Below are positions 25,716-36,161 of a stretch of DNA of 47,810 bases, piece after piece (the first letter of the stretch is position 1; every line of letters begins with the position of its first letter). Location: the NCBI GenBank assembly GCA_012514745.1, contig JAAYZR010000029.1, positions 1 through 47,810 on the forward strand. The letters run 5' to 3'. Under the pieces are notes generated by a model, which saw only the letters and a program-made list of their open reading frames with translations, did no database searches and was not told the origin of the DNA. A program made the position numbers and the translations under genes. The stretch comes from Candidatus Undivivens industriae. Lineage in GTDB: Bacteria > Omnitrophota > Gorgyraeia > Gygaellales > Profunditerraquicolaceae.

Positions 25716-27443
25716 ATGTCGGGCGTAAAACGTTTCACTTTCCTTAGGGGTGTATTCTTCTGCGGGTTCGCGGTGCTTTTATTCTTCCTTGCCGGAATGC
25801 AGCTTGTTAGGGGGAGTAGATTCATCGAGCTTAGCAGGAAGAATTGCATAAAGCTTATCCCGCAGCCGGGGGCGCGCGGTTCCATACTGGACCGTAACGG
25901 AACGGTGCTCGCCGGTAACGTCCTTTCCTACGATGTAATGGTCCTGCCGCAGAAGAACACGCAGTTGGAGAATGTGCTGCGTAGAATATCTCCGGTTTTG
26001 CATATTCCCGTAAAAGAACTGCGTTCCAGTTTCAACAAAGGAGTTGTCGCGCCTTTTATCCCGGTCGCGGTTTGCCGCGACATAACTCTCCAGCAGGCTA
26101 TCGTCGTGGAAGAGCTTAAGACCGAGATCCCCGGAGTGATGGTGCAGGCGCGCCCTGTCCGTTCTTATCCCGGAGGCAAACTGGCGGCCCATGTTCTCGG
26201 GTATCTTAACAATATAGATTATTGGCGTCTTTCCAAGCTGGAGGAATACGGATATACGGAAAGAGATACCGTGGGTTATTCCGGTCTGGAGGAGAAATAC
26301 GATTATTACCTGCGGCCTTCGGACGGCGGCGTTTCCGTTGAGGTGGACCACCGAGGCAGGGTGGTAAGGGTGCTCGGTTTCAAGGCGCCCGAGAACGGAA
26401 GGGACATACAAGTGACGCTGGACTCCGGCATACAGCGTATAGTGGAAGAGGCGCTCGCGGGGAGAAAAGGGGCCGTCGTGGTCCTTGATCCGCAAAGCGG
26501 AGAAATACTTGCCATGGCCAGCAGTCCCGCTTTCGCCCCGGAGTCTTTTATAGCGGAGGACAAAGAAGCCCTGCGTTCTTTAATGCAGGACAAGGACGGA
26601 GTTTTCGTCAATAGAGCCATAAGCGGAATTTACGCTCCCGGTTCAGTGTTCAAACCGGTCACCGCGGCCGCCGCCCTGGAGACCGGGAAGGCGGATTATT
26701 CCACTATCATCGAATGCGGGGGAAGCCTGAAACTGGGGAAGGAGGAGTTCAATTGTTCGTCCGTGCACGGTCCGCAGGACTTGAAACACGCCATAGAGCA
26801 TTCCTGCAACATATATTTCTATAATATTGGCATTCTTGTCGGCGGGCAGACTATGCATGATTACGCTCTCAAGTTCGGTTACGGCAGGCCGTGCGGGGTG
26901 GAACTTCCTTATGAAGCGGCCGGGCTGGTCCCTGATCCGCTCTGGAAGAGGATATACAAGCTCAAGAGATGGTTCGAGGGGGACAGCGTTAATTTTTCCA
27001 TAGGCCAGGGCGATTTGCTGGTTACTCCTCTTCAGGTGGCGCGTATGATGGCGGTCTTTGCCAACGGAGGGGAACTGGTTAATCCTTATATAGTCAAAAA
27101 TATAGGAGGTGTCGATCCGCGCTCCGGGCGGCATAGGAGGCCGGCGCACGCGCCGCTCTCTCCCGGGCACCTGGCGTATCTGAGAGAATCTTTGCGCATG
27201 GTGGTAGAAGAGAACGGCGGGACCGCGCATGTGTTGTCGCCGCTGCCGGTTTCAGTCGCCGGAAAGACCGGGACCGCGCAGGCCCCGGGCGGCAGGTGCC
27301 ACGCCTGGTTCTGCGGGTTCTTCCCTTACGACAATCCGCGTTACGTTATATGCTCCTTTCTCGAGAACGGCGGTTCCGGCTATCAGGCAACGCTGATGAG
27401 CAAAGAAATAATCTCCGGGATGGCGGGGAAGGGGATGATCTAA
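25716..27443 (+). CDS. mrdA: Penicillin-binding protein 2
   Basis: RGSILDRNG; SxxK (PGSVFK), SxN (SCN) and KTG (KTGTAQ) motifs. Confidence 0.95.
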   Translation: MSGVKRFTFLRGVFFCGFAVLLFFLAGMQLVRGSRFIELSRKNCIKLIPQPGARGSILDRNGTVLAGNVLSYDVMVLPQKNTQLENVLRRISPVLHIPVKELRSSFNKGVVAPFIPVAVCRDITLQQAIVVEELKTEIPGVMVQARPVRSYPGGKLAAHVLGYLNNIDYWRLSKLEEYGYTERDTVGYSGLEEKYDYYLRPSDGGVSVEVDHRGRVVRVLGFKAPENGRDIQVTLDSGIQRIVEEALAGRKGAVVVLDPQSGEILAMASSPAFAPESFIAEDKEALRSLMQDKDGVFVNRAISGIYAPGSVFKPVTAAAALETGKADYSTIIECGGSLKLGKEEFNCSSVHGPQDLKHAIEHSCNIYFYNIGILVGGQTMHDYALKFGYGRPCGVELPYEAAGLVPDPLWKRIYKLKRWFEGDSVNFSIGQGDLLVTPLQVARMMAVFANGGELVNPYIVKNIGGVDPRSGRHRRPAHAPLSPGHLAYLRESLRMVVEENGGTAHVLSPLPVSVAGKTGTAQAPGGRCHAWFCGFFPYDNPRYVICSFLENGGSGYQATLMSKEIISGMAGKGMI

Positions 27444-27447
27444 AAAG

Positions 27448-28551
27448 ATGAATCGTTCGGCCCGCCTCTTATTGTTCGTTTCTCTGCTGATCGCGCTCAT
27501 GGGCATCGTTTCCATATACAGCGGCACGTTCCAGAAACAATCCGGCGTTTTCGAGTGGATATACCTGCGCCAGGCGCTCTGGGTTGCCATCGGGAGCGCC
27601 GTCTTTTTCTTATTCTCCAGGATGAATTATCGTCTGCTGTGGGACGCCACGTATTTTCTTTACGCCGGCATGATTTTTCTGCTTTTGCTGGTTTTTACGA
27701 TGGGCATAATCAAACTGGGTGCGCAGCGCTGGCTGCGGCTCGGCCTGTTGAGTTTTCAGCCTTCGGAAGCGGCGAAACTGGTAATGACCGTGTTCCTCGC
27801 GAAATATTTCAGCGATAAGTCGGCGGACAGCATTTCTCCGGCGGCCCAGCGGTTCGGCCCGGTGCGCGCCCTGCTGATCCCGTTGGCATTCGTGATGCTC
27901 CCGGCCGCGTTGATAATCGAACAGCCGGACTTGGGAAGCGGGATGCTTGTGCTGCTTCTGTTCATGAGCATGCTGTATCTTTCCGACATAAAACTGCGTT
28001 ATCCGCTGGCGCTGAGCGCGGTGTTCCTGGCGATACTGCCCATAGGCTGGCATTTCCTGCATGGATACCAGAAGGACAGGATCATGGTGTTCCTTAATCC
28101 CAATATAGATCCTCTCGGCGCCGGATATACGATCATTCAATCAAAGATAGCCGTGGGATCGGGCGGCCTCGCGGGCAAAGGCTGGCTTTCCGGGACGCAA
28201 AGCCAGCTGCATTTTCTGCCGGAGTCGCACACTGATTTCATCTTCGCAACCTTCGCAGAGGAATGGGGATTCGCGGGATGTTTTTTGCTTTTGTTCCTCT
28301 ATTATTTGATCATCAGGGAAGGGTTGCGCATAGCTTCGCGGACGGGCGACTCCTTCGGCAGGCTGCTGGCCGCGGGCATTTCTTTGATGCTTTTCATACA
28401 GGTCATGGTGAATATCGCGATGAATATGGGCCTGGCCCCGGTAGTGGGCGTGCCTCTGCCGTTGATGAGCTACGGCGGGACCTCGGTGCTGGTAACCTTT
28501 ATTTCCCTCGGGATACTCGCCGCCATAAGCAGGGATAGGAAGGCTTATTAG
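27448..28551 (+). CDS. rodA: SEDS peptidoglycan glycosyltransferase RodA
   Basis: GAQRW, FQPSE, QPDLG, LPESHTDFIF, GVPLPLMSYGG motifs. Confidence 0.95.
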   Translation: MNRSARLLLFVSLLIALMGIVSIYSGTFQKQSGVFEWIYLRQALWVAIGSAVFFLFSRMNYRLLWDATYFLYAGMIFLLLLVFTMGIIKLGAQRWLRLGLLSFQPSEAAKLVMTVFLAKYFSDKSADSISPAAQRFGPVRALLIPLAFVMLPAALIIEQPDLGSGMLVLLLFMSMLYLSDIKLRYPLALSAVFLAILPIGWHFLHGYQKDRIMVFLNPNIDPLGAGYTIIQSKIAVGSGGLAGKGWLSGTQSQLHFLPESHTDFIFATFAEEWGFAGCFLLLFLYYLIIREGLRIASRTGDSFGRLLAAGISLMLFIQVMVNIAMNMGLAPVVGVPLPLMSYGGTSVLVTFISLGILAAISRDRKAY

Positions 28552-28552
28552 T

Positions 28553-28576
28553 ATTCCGGGGACACAATACTTAATT
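28553..28576. repeat. Half copy of the REP-like GGGGACAC palindrome
   Basis: attccggggacacaatacttaatt is identical to 46127..46150. Confidence 0.75.
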
Positions 28577-28719
28577 CAAGCGGGGAGATCTATTGTGCAC
28601 AAATGCGTGAGCGCGAAATATAGAGAAAGAAGAGAACAGACAGAGATTTACCGCTTCGCGTCTTTTAGTATATACGCGCGGCTCAATATTCGATACTCGA
28701 ATAACTGGAGACTTCGGCA

Positions 28720-30486
28720 ATGATTGACGATAATTTGCTTGGCATTATGAAGCCGGCGAGGTACATCGGCGGGGAATGGAACTCAACGGTGAAAGATTTC
28801 GAGGCGGCAGAAGTCAGGTTCGCGCTCGGTTTCCCCGATCTTTATGAAGTGGGGATGAGCAATCTCGGGATAAGGATACTTTACGGAGCGTTGAACGCGA
28901 TGGAAGGGGTGGTATGCGAGCGTTTTTTTTCCCCCGCAGCGGATATGGAGAAGCTTATACGTTCCGGAGGATGGAGTATGCGGTCGCTGGAGAACGGCAG
29001 GGGACTGGCTTCGTTCGATATGGTGGGTTTTTCCCTGGGATATGAATTGAATTATCCGGATGTCCTTAATATCCTGGACCTTTCCGGCATACCGTTGAAG
29101 GCGGCGGAGCGGGGAATCGGCGCGCCGCTGGTAATCGGCGGCGGGCCTTGCGCCGTGAATCCGGAGCCGATGGCGGATTTCTTCGATCTTTTCATAATAG
29201 GCGAAGCGGAAGAGGCATTGCCTGAATTGGTTTCGCTTTACCGCGAGCACAGCCGCGATTATAAAGAGGGCCGCATAGCGCGCGCGGCCCTGCTGGAAAA
29301 GCTGGCTTCGATAGAAGGCGTCTATGTCCCTTCGCTTTACGACGTCGGATATTCCTCCGAAGGGCGCATCATTTCCTTTTCTCCCAAGACGCCGGCCGCT
29401 CCGGCGAGAATAAAAAAGCGTTTCGTCGGAGATCTCGATTCCTCTTTTTTCCCCCGTGATTGGGTGGTGCCGTATATCCAGATCGTGCACGACAGGATCA
29501 CCCTGGAGATAATGCGCGGCTGCCCCAATCGCTGCCGATTCTGCCAGGCCAGGCAGCAGTATTACCCGCTGCGTCTCCGCAGCGCAGGCAAAGTTAAAGA
29601 ACTGGCGGCCGAGCTTTACAAGAACACGGGGTACCACGAAATATCTTTCTCCGGGTTGTCTATAAGCGATTATCCCGGGATCGAAGGGCTGGCTTCTTCT
29701 TTAATGGCGGAATTCAAGGATAAATGCGTCGGCATTTCCCTTCCGTCCATCAAGCCCAAGAATTTTCTCGGCGAGCTCTCAAAGTTGATCGCCGCCATAC
29801 GCAAGACCGGGCTCACTTTCGCTCCGGAGGCCGGGACTCGGCGTATGAGAGAAATGATCGGCAAGGATTTCGATGAAGATATCTTCCGGGAGGCTGTCCT
29901 GAAAGCGTACGCCGCCGGTTACCAGCACGTAAAATTATATTTTCTTATCGGTCTTCCCCGCGAGTCTTCGGATGACCTGGAAGGGATAAAAGAGCTCTCC
30001 GTAGCAGTCTCGGAACTCCGCCGGAAGATTTCCGGCAGGCCGGCCGAGGTCCATTTGAGCGTTAACACTTTAATTCCCAAGCCGCACACGCCGCTGCAAT
30101 GGTTTCCCATGGCGTCTCTGGATTCGATGCTGGAGAAACAGGCTTACATCAGGCGCGCGTTGGGGGGTAACCGCAGGGTGAAAACGGTTTTCCATAGCCC
30201 GAAGTTGAGTCTGCTTGAAGGGGTCATTTCGCGCGGAGACCGCAGGCTCGGGAGGGTGATCGAGGCGGTCTTCCGTTCAGGAGTCCGGTTCGACAACTGG
30301 AATGAGGAGGCATCCTGGGAGAAATGGACGGCCGCGTTCGCCGGCGCATCGCTTGAGACGGATTTCTATCTTAGCGGGAAGTCCACGGAAGATATACTCC
30401 CCTGGGATTTTATAGAAATCGGCGTCTCTAAAGAATCCCTCGCTCAAGAATTCAATAAAGTTGTTGCTATGGGAGGGGATGAATAG
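28720..30486 (+). CDS. TIGR03960-family-like B12-binding radical SAM protein
   Basis: KPARYIGGE, FPDLYEVGMSNLG, CxxxCxxC (CPNRCRFC), GLTFAPEAG, PKPHTP, LPWD motifs; this family commonly follows rodA. Confidence 0.88.
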   Translation: MIDDNLLGIMKPARYIGGEWNSTVKDFEAAEVRFALGFPDLYEVGMSNLGIRILYGALNAMEGVVCERFFSPAADMEKLIRSGGWSMRSLENGRGLASFDMVGFSLGYELNYPDVLNILDLSGIPLKAAERGIGAPLVIGGGPCAVNPEPMADFFDLFIIGEAEEALPELVSLYREHSRDYKEGRIARAALLEKLASIEGVYVPSLYDVGYSSEGRIISFSPKTPAAPARIKKRFVGDLDSSFFPRDWVVPYIQIVHDRITLEIMRGCPNRCRFCQARQQYYPLRLRSAGKVKELAAELYKNTGYHEISFSGLSISDYPGIEGLASSLMAEFKDKCVGISLPSIKPKNFLGELSKLIAAIRKTGLTFAPEAGTRRMREMIGKDFDEDIFREAVLKAYAAGYQHVKLYFLIGLPRESSDDLEGIKELSVAVSELRRKISGRPAEVHLSVNTLIPKPHTPLQWFPMASLDSMLEKQAYIRRALGGNRRVKTVFHSPKLSLLEGVISRGDRRLGRVIEAVFRSGVRFDNWNEEASWEKWTAAFAGASLETDFYLSGKSTEDILPWDFIEIGVSKESLAQEFNKVVAMGGDE

Positions 30487-30492
30487 TATAAT
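30464..30492 (+). promoter_or_regulatory. Putative sigma70 promoter of the second pilus operon
   Basis: TTGCTA-17 bp-TATAAT overlapping the end of the radical SAM gene. Confidence 0.6.
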
Positions 30493-30724
30493 TCGTTATG
30501 AAACTCCGCGGGTTGATTCGCGATTATACTCGGGATTAGTTCCCGCAGTTTTGGAGCGTAATTCCGGACCGCGGATCCGGCGGTTTCTTTGAGGCGTGGA
30601 CGTTCCCGGGCGCACGGGTATAGATACCCGGCGATCGGCCGATAGCGCGCAGTCCGCAGACGGTGTTTTCTGCGCTCCTGTTTCCGATCGTTCCGTTCTA
30701 TTCTCCGAGAAAAAGGAGGGGTTA

Positions 30725-32137
30725 ATGCTGTCAGGGCGGAAAAAAAGAGATTTATCTCTATTGTCGCGCGGTTTGAAATACAGGCTTAAGATTTCATTTT
30801 ATCTGATCTTCCTTCTGCCGTTCCTTATCTCCGTTTATCTTCTTTCTAACTACGTCTTTCCCCGCGCCGGCCTTCCCGGAGAGTTGTTTGTGTCGTTGTC
30901 GATAAGCATGATCATCGCCATTATAGGCTTCTTTTTGATAAAAGAAGTGTTCGACCGCGTCCTCACGATCGCTCTGGAGGCCAGACTTATAGCCGCCGGC
31001 GATATCAGCCGCAAGGTGGAGATTGAGCGCAGCGACGAGGTCGGAGATCTCGGCGAAGCCCTTAACCAGTTGACACAGCGTATCCGCAGCAATATGGACG
31101 AGTTGAAAAGTTACGGGCGCAAAACCACCCAGATAAACATGGAGATACAAAAAAGGGTGCTGGCGCTTTCCAGCCTGCTGCAGATCAGTTCTCTGGTTTC
31201 GGAGGGGGCGGAACTTAAAGATATCCTGGATATGGCTGTGGATAAAGCCGGCTTGCTGGCGGAATCCGAGGCCGCTTACCTTTTTCTGAAAGACAAAGAG
31301 AGCGACTCTTTTCTGATTAAATTCGCAGTGGGGCATGGAGGGGATAATCTGCTGGGGATGAAAATAAATGCTTCCGATGCGGTCTTCGGTTCTCTGCTCA
31401 CGAGAGGCGATATCTTCGTGGCCGATGCCGACCATAAAAAAGCCGCCGATTCGTTCTCGCAGCGTTTCCGGTTCCGCAATACGCTCGCGGTCGCCGTGCC
31501 TTTGCGCAATGAGATCACTGCGGTGCTGGGGATCGTCAATTCGAAAGAGGATTTCACTTACGAGGACGATGATGCCGAACTGTTGGATATATTCGGACGC
31601 CAGATATCCATAGCTATCGAGAACGACTTTCTGCTGCACAAGGCGGAAAAGCTTGAGATAAGGGATGCGTTGACCGGGCTGTTCAACGAGAATTACATAA
31701 ACGGCAGGCTGGATGAAGAGATAAAGAGGGCGATATTATGCCAGCGCCCCTGTTCTTTCGTGGTGTTCGATATAGACGATTTTGCCAGGTTCAGGCGCGA
31801 GTTCGGGGCCATAAGCGCAGAGATCTCTCTGAAGAAAGTGGCGGGAGTCATACACGACGTTATCTCGGAGATAGACAGATCCGGGAGGACGGCGGACAAC
31901 GAGTTCTCCGTGATCATGCCGGAGAAGAATAAGCGCCAGTCAAAGGAGATCGCCGACGTTATCCGCGGGAAGGTCGAGGAGATGTTTTCAGCGGAACCGG
32001 AGCCGGGCAGGCGATTGACCATAAGCGCGGGCGTCAGCGAAAACCCGCTGGACGGCATCACGGCGCGGGAGTTGATAGAAAGGGCCCGCAGTTCGGTCAA
32101 CCTGGCAAAAGCGCAGGGAAAGAACAAAGTCGTTTGA
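30725..32137 (+). CDS. 2TM-HAMP-GAF-GGDEF protein with a degenerate active site
   Basis: AAGGAGG RBS before ATG 30725 (in frame with ORF 30596). Two TM helices, HAMP (DEVGDLGEALN), GAF, DALTGL and FDIDDF; GG(D/E)EF is replaced by ADNEF. Confidence 0.85.
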   Translation: MLSGRKKRDLSLLSRGLKYRLKISFYLIFLLPFLISVYLLSNYVFPRAGLPGELFVSLSISMIIAIIGFFLIKEVFDRVLTIALEARLIAAGDISRKVEIERSDEVGDLGEALNQLTQRIRSNMDELKSYGRKTTQINMEIQKRVLALSSLLQISSLVSEGAELKDILDMAVDKAGLLAESEAAYLFLKDKESDSFLIKFAVGHGGDNLLGMKINASDAVFGSLLTRGDIFVADADHKKAADSFSQRFRFRNTLAVAVPLRNEITAVLGIVNSKEDFTYEDDDAELLDIFGRQISIAIENDFLLHKAEKLEIRDALTGLFNENYINGRLDEEIKRAILCQRPCSFVVFDIDDFARFRREFGAISAEISLKKVAGVIHDVISEIDRSGRTADNEFSVIMPEKNKRQSKEIADVIRGKVEEMFSAEPEPGRRLTISAGVSENPLDGITARELIERARSSVNLAKAQGKNKVV

Positions 32138-32204
32138 AGAGGTTTAGCATTCCGTTACCGCCCGCAGGGTGAGCCGTAGGCAATCAGGGAGCAGGATCAA
32201 AGAT

Positions 32205-32651
32205 ATGACCGTAAGAAGAATAATCACGAAACAGCTCGGCGAGCTTCTTCTGGAGAGGGGCGTGATCAGCAAGCCGGACCTTGAGAAGGCTTTGAACATA
32301 CAAAAAGAGCGCGGCGAGAACCTGATAGGCGAGATCCTTGTGGAGATGGGTGTGGCTAAAGAGGAGGATATCGCCCAGGCCATTACCGCTCAATACGGTT
32401 TTCCTTTCCTTCCCCTGACCAATTATGAAATAGCCCGGGAGATAATAAAACTCGTACCGGACCGCGTAGCCAAACAATACATGATCATACCGGTCGATAA
32501 GATCGGCGACAATCTTACCGTTGCCATGTCCAATCCGCTCAACATCCAGGCGATAGAGGACGTGGAGATGCTGACGGCCTGCCATGTCCAGACTTTTGTC
32601 TCGACCTCTTCCGATATAAAGAACGCCATAGAGAAATATTACAGTCAATAA
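32205..32651 (+). CDS. Stand-alone MshEN/T2SSE_N domain protein (putative c-di-GMP receptor)
   Basis: Tandem motifs QLGELLLERGVI...LEKAL..Q and LIGEILVEMG; VAMSNPL; no ATPase domain. ATG 32205 is preferred over GTG 32169. Confidence 0.85.
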   Translation: MTVRRIITKQLGELLLERGVISKPDLEKALNIQKERGENLIGEILVEMGVAKEEDIAQAITAQYGFPFLPLTNYEIAREIIKLVPDRVAKQYMIIPVDKIGDNLTVAMSNPLNIQAIEDVEMLTACHVQTFVSTSSDIKNAIEKYYSQ

Positions 32652-32655
32652 GACC

Positions 32656-34380
32656 GTGAACGGTGATATGATCTCACTCAAAGAACGGCTTAAAAGCATA
32701 CTTATACAAAATAAGCTGCTTACCTCCGAACAGCTGGAGCAGGCCCTGGCCATGCAGAAGGAGAAGGGCGTGCGGCTGAGCGAGATTCTGGTATCCGCCG
32801 GGTTCGTCCAGGAGACCGCATTGATGTCGGCGGTGAGTTCCGGAATAGGGCTGCCGGTCATCGACCTGAAGAGGCTGAAGGTAAATAAGGAAGTGATCGG
32901 CCTCATCCCCAAGGAAGTAGGTAAGCATTATTTGATACTTCCGCTTTCCAAGATAGGAGACACGCTGACGCTGGCGATGGCTAATCCGCTGGATGTCCTG
33001 GCCATCGAGCACGTGGAGTCGTTAACCGGTTATAAGATAAACCCGGTCATCTCCTCCTCCCGAGACATCCTGCAGGCGCTGGAATTGAACCCTGAAGCTG
33101 GCTCCGAGGACGGCGAGATGGACAAGCTGGTCCAGGAGATATCTTCCGGGCCGCTGGAATTCGTCAACGAAGAAAAAGAAATATCCCTCAGCGAGCAGGA
33201 ACTGAGCCTGATCAGCAAACAGGCCCCGGTCATACGCGTAACGGACGCGATACTGATGGAAGCCGTGCGTCAGAGGGCTTCCGACGTTCTCGTGGAGCCG
33301 TTCGACAAAAAGCTTCGGGTGCGGTTGCGCGTGGACGGCATCCTGCAGGAGATAAGCGCTCCTCCTTCCGGCATGCACGCGTCCATAATTTCGCGTCTTA
33401 AGGTAATGTCCGAGCTTAACATAGCGGAGCACCGCCTGCCTCAAGACGGCAGGTTCAGCAGGAAGATAGAGGGACGTGAGGTGGATTTCCGTATCTCCGT
33501 CATACCCACGAGTTTCGGGGAAAAAGCCGCTTTGCGCGTCCTGGATACCTCTCAGGCAACGCTCGATATAGACAAACTCGGGTTTTCGGAATACTGTGTT
33601 TGTTTGTTGAAAAAAGCCGCTTCCGTGCCGCACGGCATGATACTGGTCTGCGGTCCTACCGGCAGCGGCAAGACCACTACCTTGTATTCCATGCTGAAAT
33701 TCGTCGGTAAACCGGACAGGAACCTTGTGACGGTGGAGGACCCCGTCGAATATCAGCTTATCGGGGTCAACCAGGTAACGGTCCATCCGGAGATAGGGCT
33801 TACTTTCGCCTCCGCCCTGCGTTCTATCCTCAGGCAGGACCCGGACGTGATAATGATAGGGGAAATCAGGGATTTCGAGACAGTGGATATGTCCATTAAA
33901 AGCGCCCTCACCGGCCACCTGGTCCTTTCGACGCTTCATTCCACCACTGCGGCAGGGGCTATCGCCAGGCTGGTGAACATGGGAGTGGAACCGTATTTGA
34001 TAAATTCTTCGCTTATTTGTACCGTCTCGCAACGTCTGGTGCGCAGGATTTGTCCTCATTGCCGCGAGCAGTATGTTATGAGCAGGGAGACCGCCGAAGG
34101 GCTTAAAATTAAGCCGGACGGGGAGCTCAGGTTTTTTCGCGGTAAGGGCTGTCAGGCTTGTTCCAAGACGGGATACAGCGGACGTATAAGCATAGCCGAA
34201 GTCTTGATGCTGACACCCGGGATAAAGAACCTTATCTTTAACATGGCCCAGGAACACGTGATAAAGAAGCAGGCGGTGGAGGAAGGCATGCAGACTTTGA
34301 GGCAGCAGGGGATGAGACTGGCGGGGGAAGGAGTGACCACGGTGGAAGAGGTTTTTAGGGTAACTGCGGCCGACGAATAA
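32656..34380 (+). CDS. pilB: PilB/GspE-family assembly ATPase (paralogue 1)
   Basis: Walker A GPTGSGKTT, TVEDPVEY, LRQDPDVIMIGEIRD, STLH; Zn motif CPHC...CQAC. Confidence 0.92.
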   Translation: MNGDMISLKERLKSILIQNKLLTSEQLEQALAMQKEKGVRLSEILVSAGFVQETALMSAVSSGIGLPVIDLKRLKVNKEVIGLIPKEVGKHYLILPLSKIGDTLTLAMANPLDVLAIEHVESLTGYKINPVISSSRDILQALELNPEAGSEDGEMDKLVQEISSGPLEFVNEEKEISLSEQELSLISKQAPVIRVTDAILMEAVRQRASDVLVEPFDKKLRVRLRVDGILQEISAPPSGMHASIISRLKVMSELNIAEHRLPQDGRFSRKIEGREVDFRISVIPTSFGEKAALRVLDTSQATLDIDKLGFSEYCVCLLKKAASVPHGMILVCGPTGSGKTTTLYSMLKFVGKPDRNLVTVEDPVEYQLIGVNQVTVHPEIGLTFASALRSILRQDPDVIMIGEIRDFETVDMSIKSALTGHLVLSTLHSTTAAGAIARLVNMGVEPYLINSSLICTVSQRLVRRICPHCREQYVMSRETAEGLKIKPDGELRFFRGKGCQACSKTGYSGRISIAEVLMLTPGIKNLIFNMAQEHVIKKQAVEEGMQTLRQQGMRLAGEGVTTVEEVFRVTAADE

Positions 34381-34432
34381 CGGCCGCCGGCCAAGGAGCC
34401 CGCGCGGGTGACCGGCGGGATAAACAGAATAA

Positions 34433-36160
34433 ATGGTGTCCATAAAAGAAAATATAATCTCGATACTGGTCAACAGTAAGGCAGTGGAGGCGGAGGCGCT
34501 GCGTAAGGCGCTGGAAGCCCAACGCAGAAAACAACTGCCGCTGCGAAGAGTGCTCTTGGACGAAAAACTCATTACCGAGGAAAAGCTGATAACCGTGTTG
34601 TCGGAGCATCTTTTTATCCCGCTCCTGCGGCTGAATAAATACAAATTCGACGCTAAATTGTTCGACCTGATACCGGAGCGGATCGCCAGGCAATACCGCA
34701 TAATACCGCTTTCCCTGATCGGCGGCACCTTGACGGTCGCACTGTCGGATCCTTTGAATATAGTCGCCATCGACGACCTGAGCGCCGTGACCGGATACGG
34801 GCTGAACCTTGTGTTGAGCACGGAGGAGGACATATCGCGGGCCATCGAGGCGCAATACGGGCCCAAAGAGCAGGAAGCCGACATAAGTTCCATACTGAAG
34901 GAAGAAGGCGGGGCCGAAGAGGAAGAGGACGCGTCTTCCTCCGAGGATATGGATTTGAGTTCCGGTTTCAGGCAAAGCCAGAAACCGCCCATAGTCAAAG
35001 TAGTTGATTTTCTGCTCAGCCAGGCGATACGCAAGCGCGCTTCCGATATACATATAGAGCCCGAGCACGACTGTTTGAAGATACGCTACCGTATAGACGG
35101 GGCTCTGCAGGAGATATTCAAGATACCGAGGATAAACCAGAACGCGGTTATCGCGCGTCTTAAAATAATCTCTAACCTTGACATTACCGAGAGCAGGGTT
35201 CCCCAGGACGGGCGTTTCAGGGTGCGTTTCGAGGGCCGGGAGATAGATTTCAGGGTTTCCTGCCTGCCGACTACTTACGGGCAGAAATTTGTATTGCGCA
35301 TCCTGGACAAGACTTCGCTTTCGGTCGGCCTGGACAAACTGGGTTTCTCTCCACAGCCGCTGGCGGTGTTCAAGGAGACCGCGAAGAAACCTTTCGGAAT
35401 GATGTTGGTCACCGGCCCGACCGGCTCAGGCAAGTCCACCACTTTGTATTCGATATTGAACCAGCTCAACACGCCGGACAGGAACATCGTTACCATCGAG
35501 GATCCGGTGGAGTATCAGGTATACGGTATCAGCCAGGTCCAGGTATCGCACGATATAGGGCTGGACTTTTCCGGCGGGCTGAGGGCTTTATTGCGTCAGA
35601 GCCCGGATATCATAATGATCGGAGAGATCAGGGATTCCGAGACGGCCGATATCGCCATCAAAGCTTCCTTGACCGGACAAATGGTGCTTTCCACTCTGCA
35701 TACCAACGACGCCATTTCCACAATTACCAGGATAATAGACATGGGGGTGGAGCCATTTCTGGCCGCCACAAGTATAGTCACGCTTTGCGCCCAGCGTTTG
35801 TGCCGGCGCATCTGCCCGCGCTGCAGAAAGCCGGTTGAGCCCGACCGCCGGATGCTGGAAAGCGCGGGTTTTTTCGATGGGTGCGGAGCGGACGCGGCGG
35901 AAAAAATTACGCTTTATTCCGCTCCGGGGTGCGAATATTGCAATAACAGCGGTTTTTATGGTAGAATTGCTATAGCCGAGGCGCTGATCATAGACGATAC
36001 CATCAGGGAAATGATCATAAAGAAGTCCCCCGAGGACGCCATCAGGGAATATGCCTTCCGGGAGACCGGAATGCGCAGTCTCAGGCACGACGCGTTCCTG
36101 AAGGTCAGGGACGGTTTGACTACTCTCGAAGAAGCCCTTAGAGCCACGAAGGAGGAATAA
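34433..36160 (+). CDS. pilB: PilB/GspE-family assembly ATPase (paralogue 2)
   Basis: ASDIHIEP, Walker A GPTGSGKST, IGEIRD, STLHTND; CPRC...CEYC. Confidence 0.92.
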   Translation: MVSIKENIISILVNSKAVEAEALRKALEAQRRKQLPLRRVLLDEKLITEEKLITVLSEHLFIPLLRLNKYKFDAKLFDLIPERIARQYRIIPLSLIGGTLTVALSDPLNIVAIDDLSAVTGYGLNLVLSTEEDISRAIEAQYGPKEQEADISSILKEEGGAEEEEDASSSEDMDLSSGFRQSQKPPIVKVVDFLLSQAIRKRASDIHIEPEHDCLKIRYRIDGALQEIFKIPRINQNAVIARLKIISNLDITESRVPQDGRFRVRFEGREIDFRVSCLPTTYGQKFVLRILDKTSLSVGLDKLGFSPQPLAVFKETAKKPFGMMLVTGPTGSGKSTTLYSILNQLNTPDRNIVTIEDPVEYQVYGISQVQVSHDIGLDFSGGLRALLRQSPDIIMIGEIRDSETADIAIKASLTGQMVLSTLHTNDAISTITRIIDMGVEPFLAATSIVTLCAQRLCRRICPRCRKPVEPDRRMLESAGFFDGCGADAAEKITLYSAPGCEYCNNSGFYGRIAIAEALIIDDTIREMIIKKSPEDAIREYAFRETGMRSLRHDAFLKVRDGLTTLEEALRATKEE

Positions 36161-36161
36161 G

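Noticed and set aside
21844-30486. aroA-mreBCD-mrdA-rodA-radical SAM cluster as a novel system
   Set aside because: Conventional housekeeping arrangement with intact motifs.
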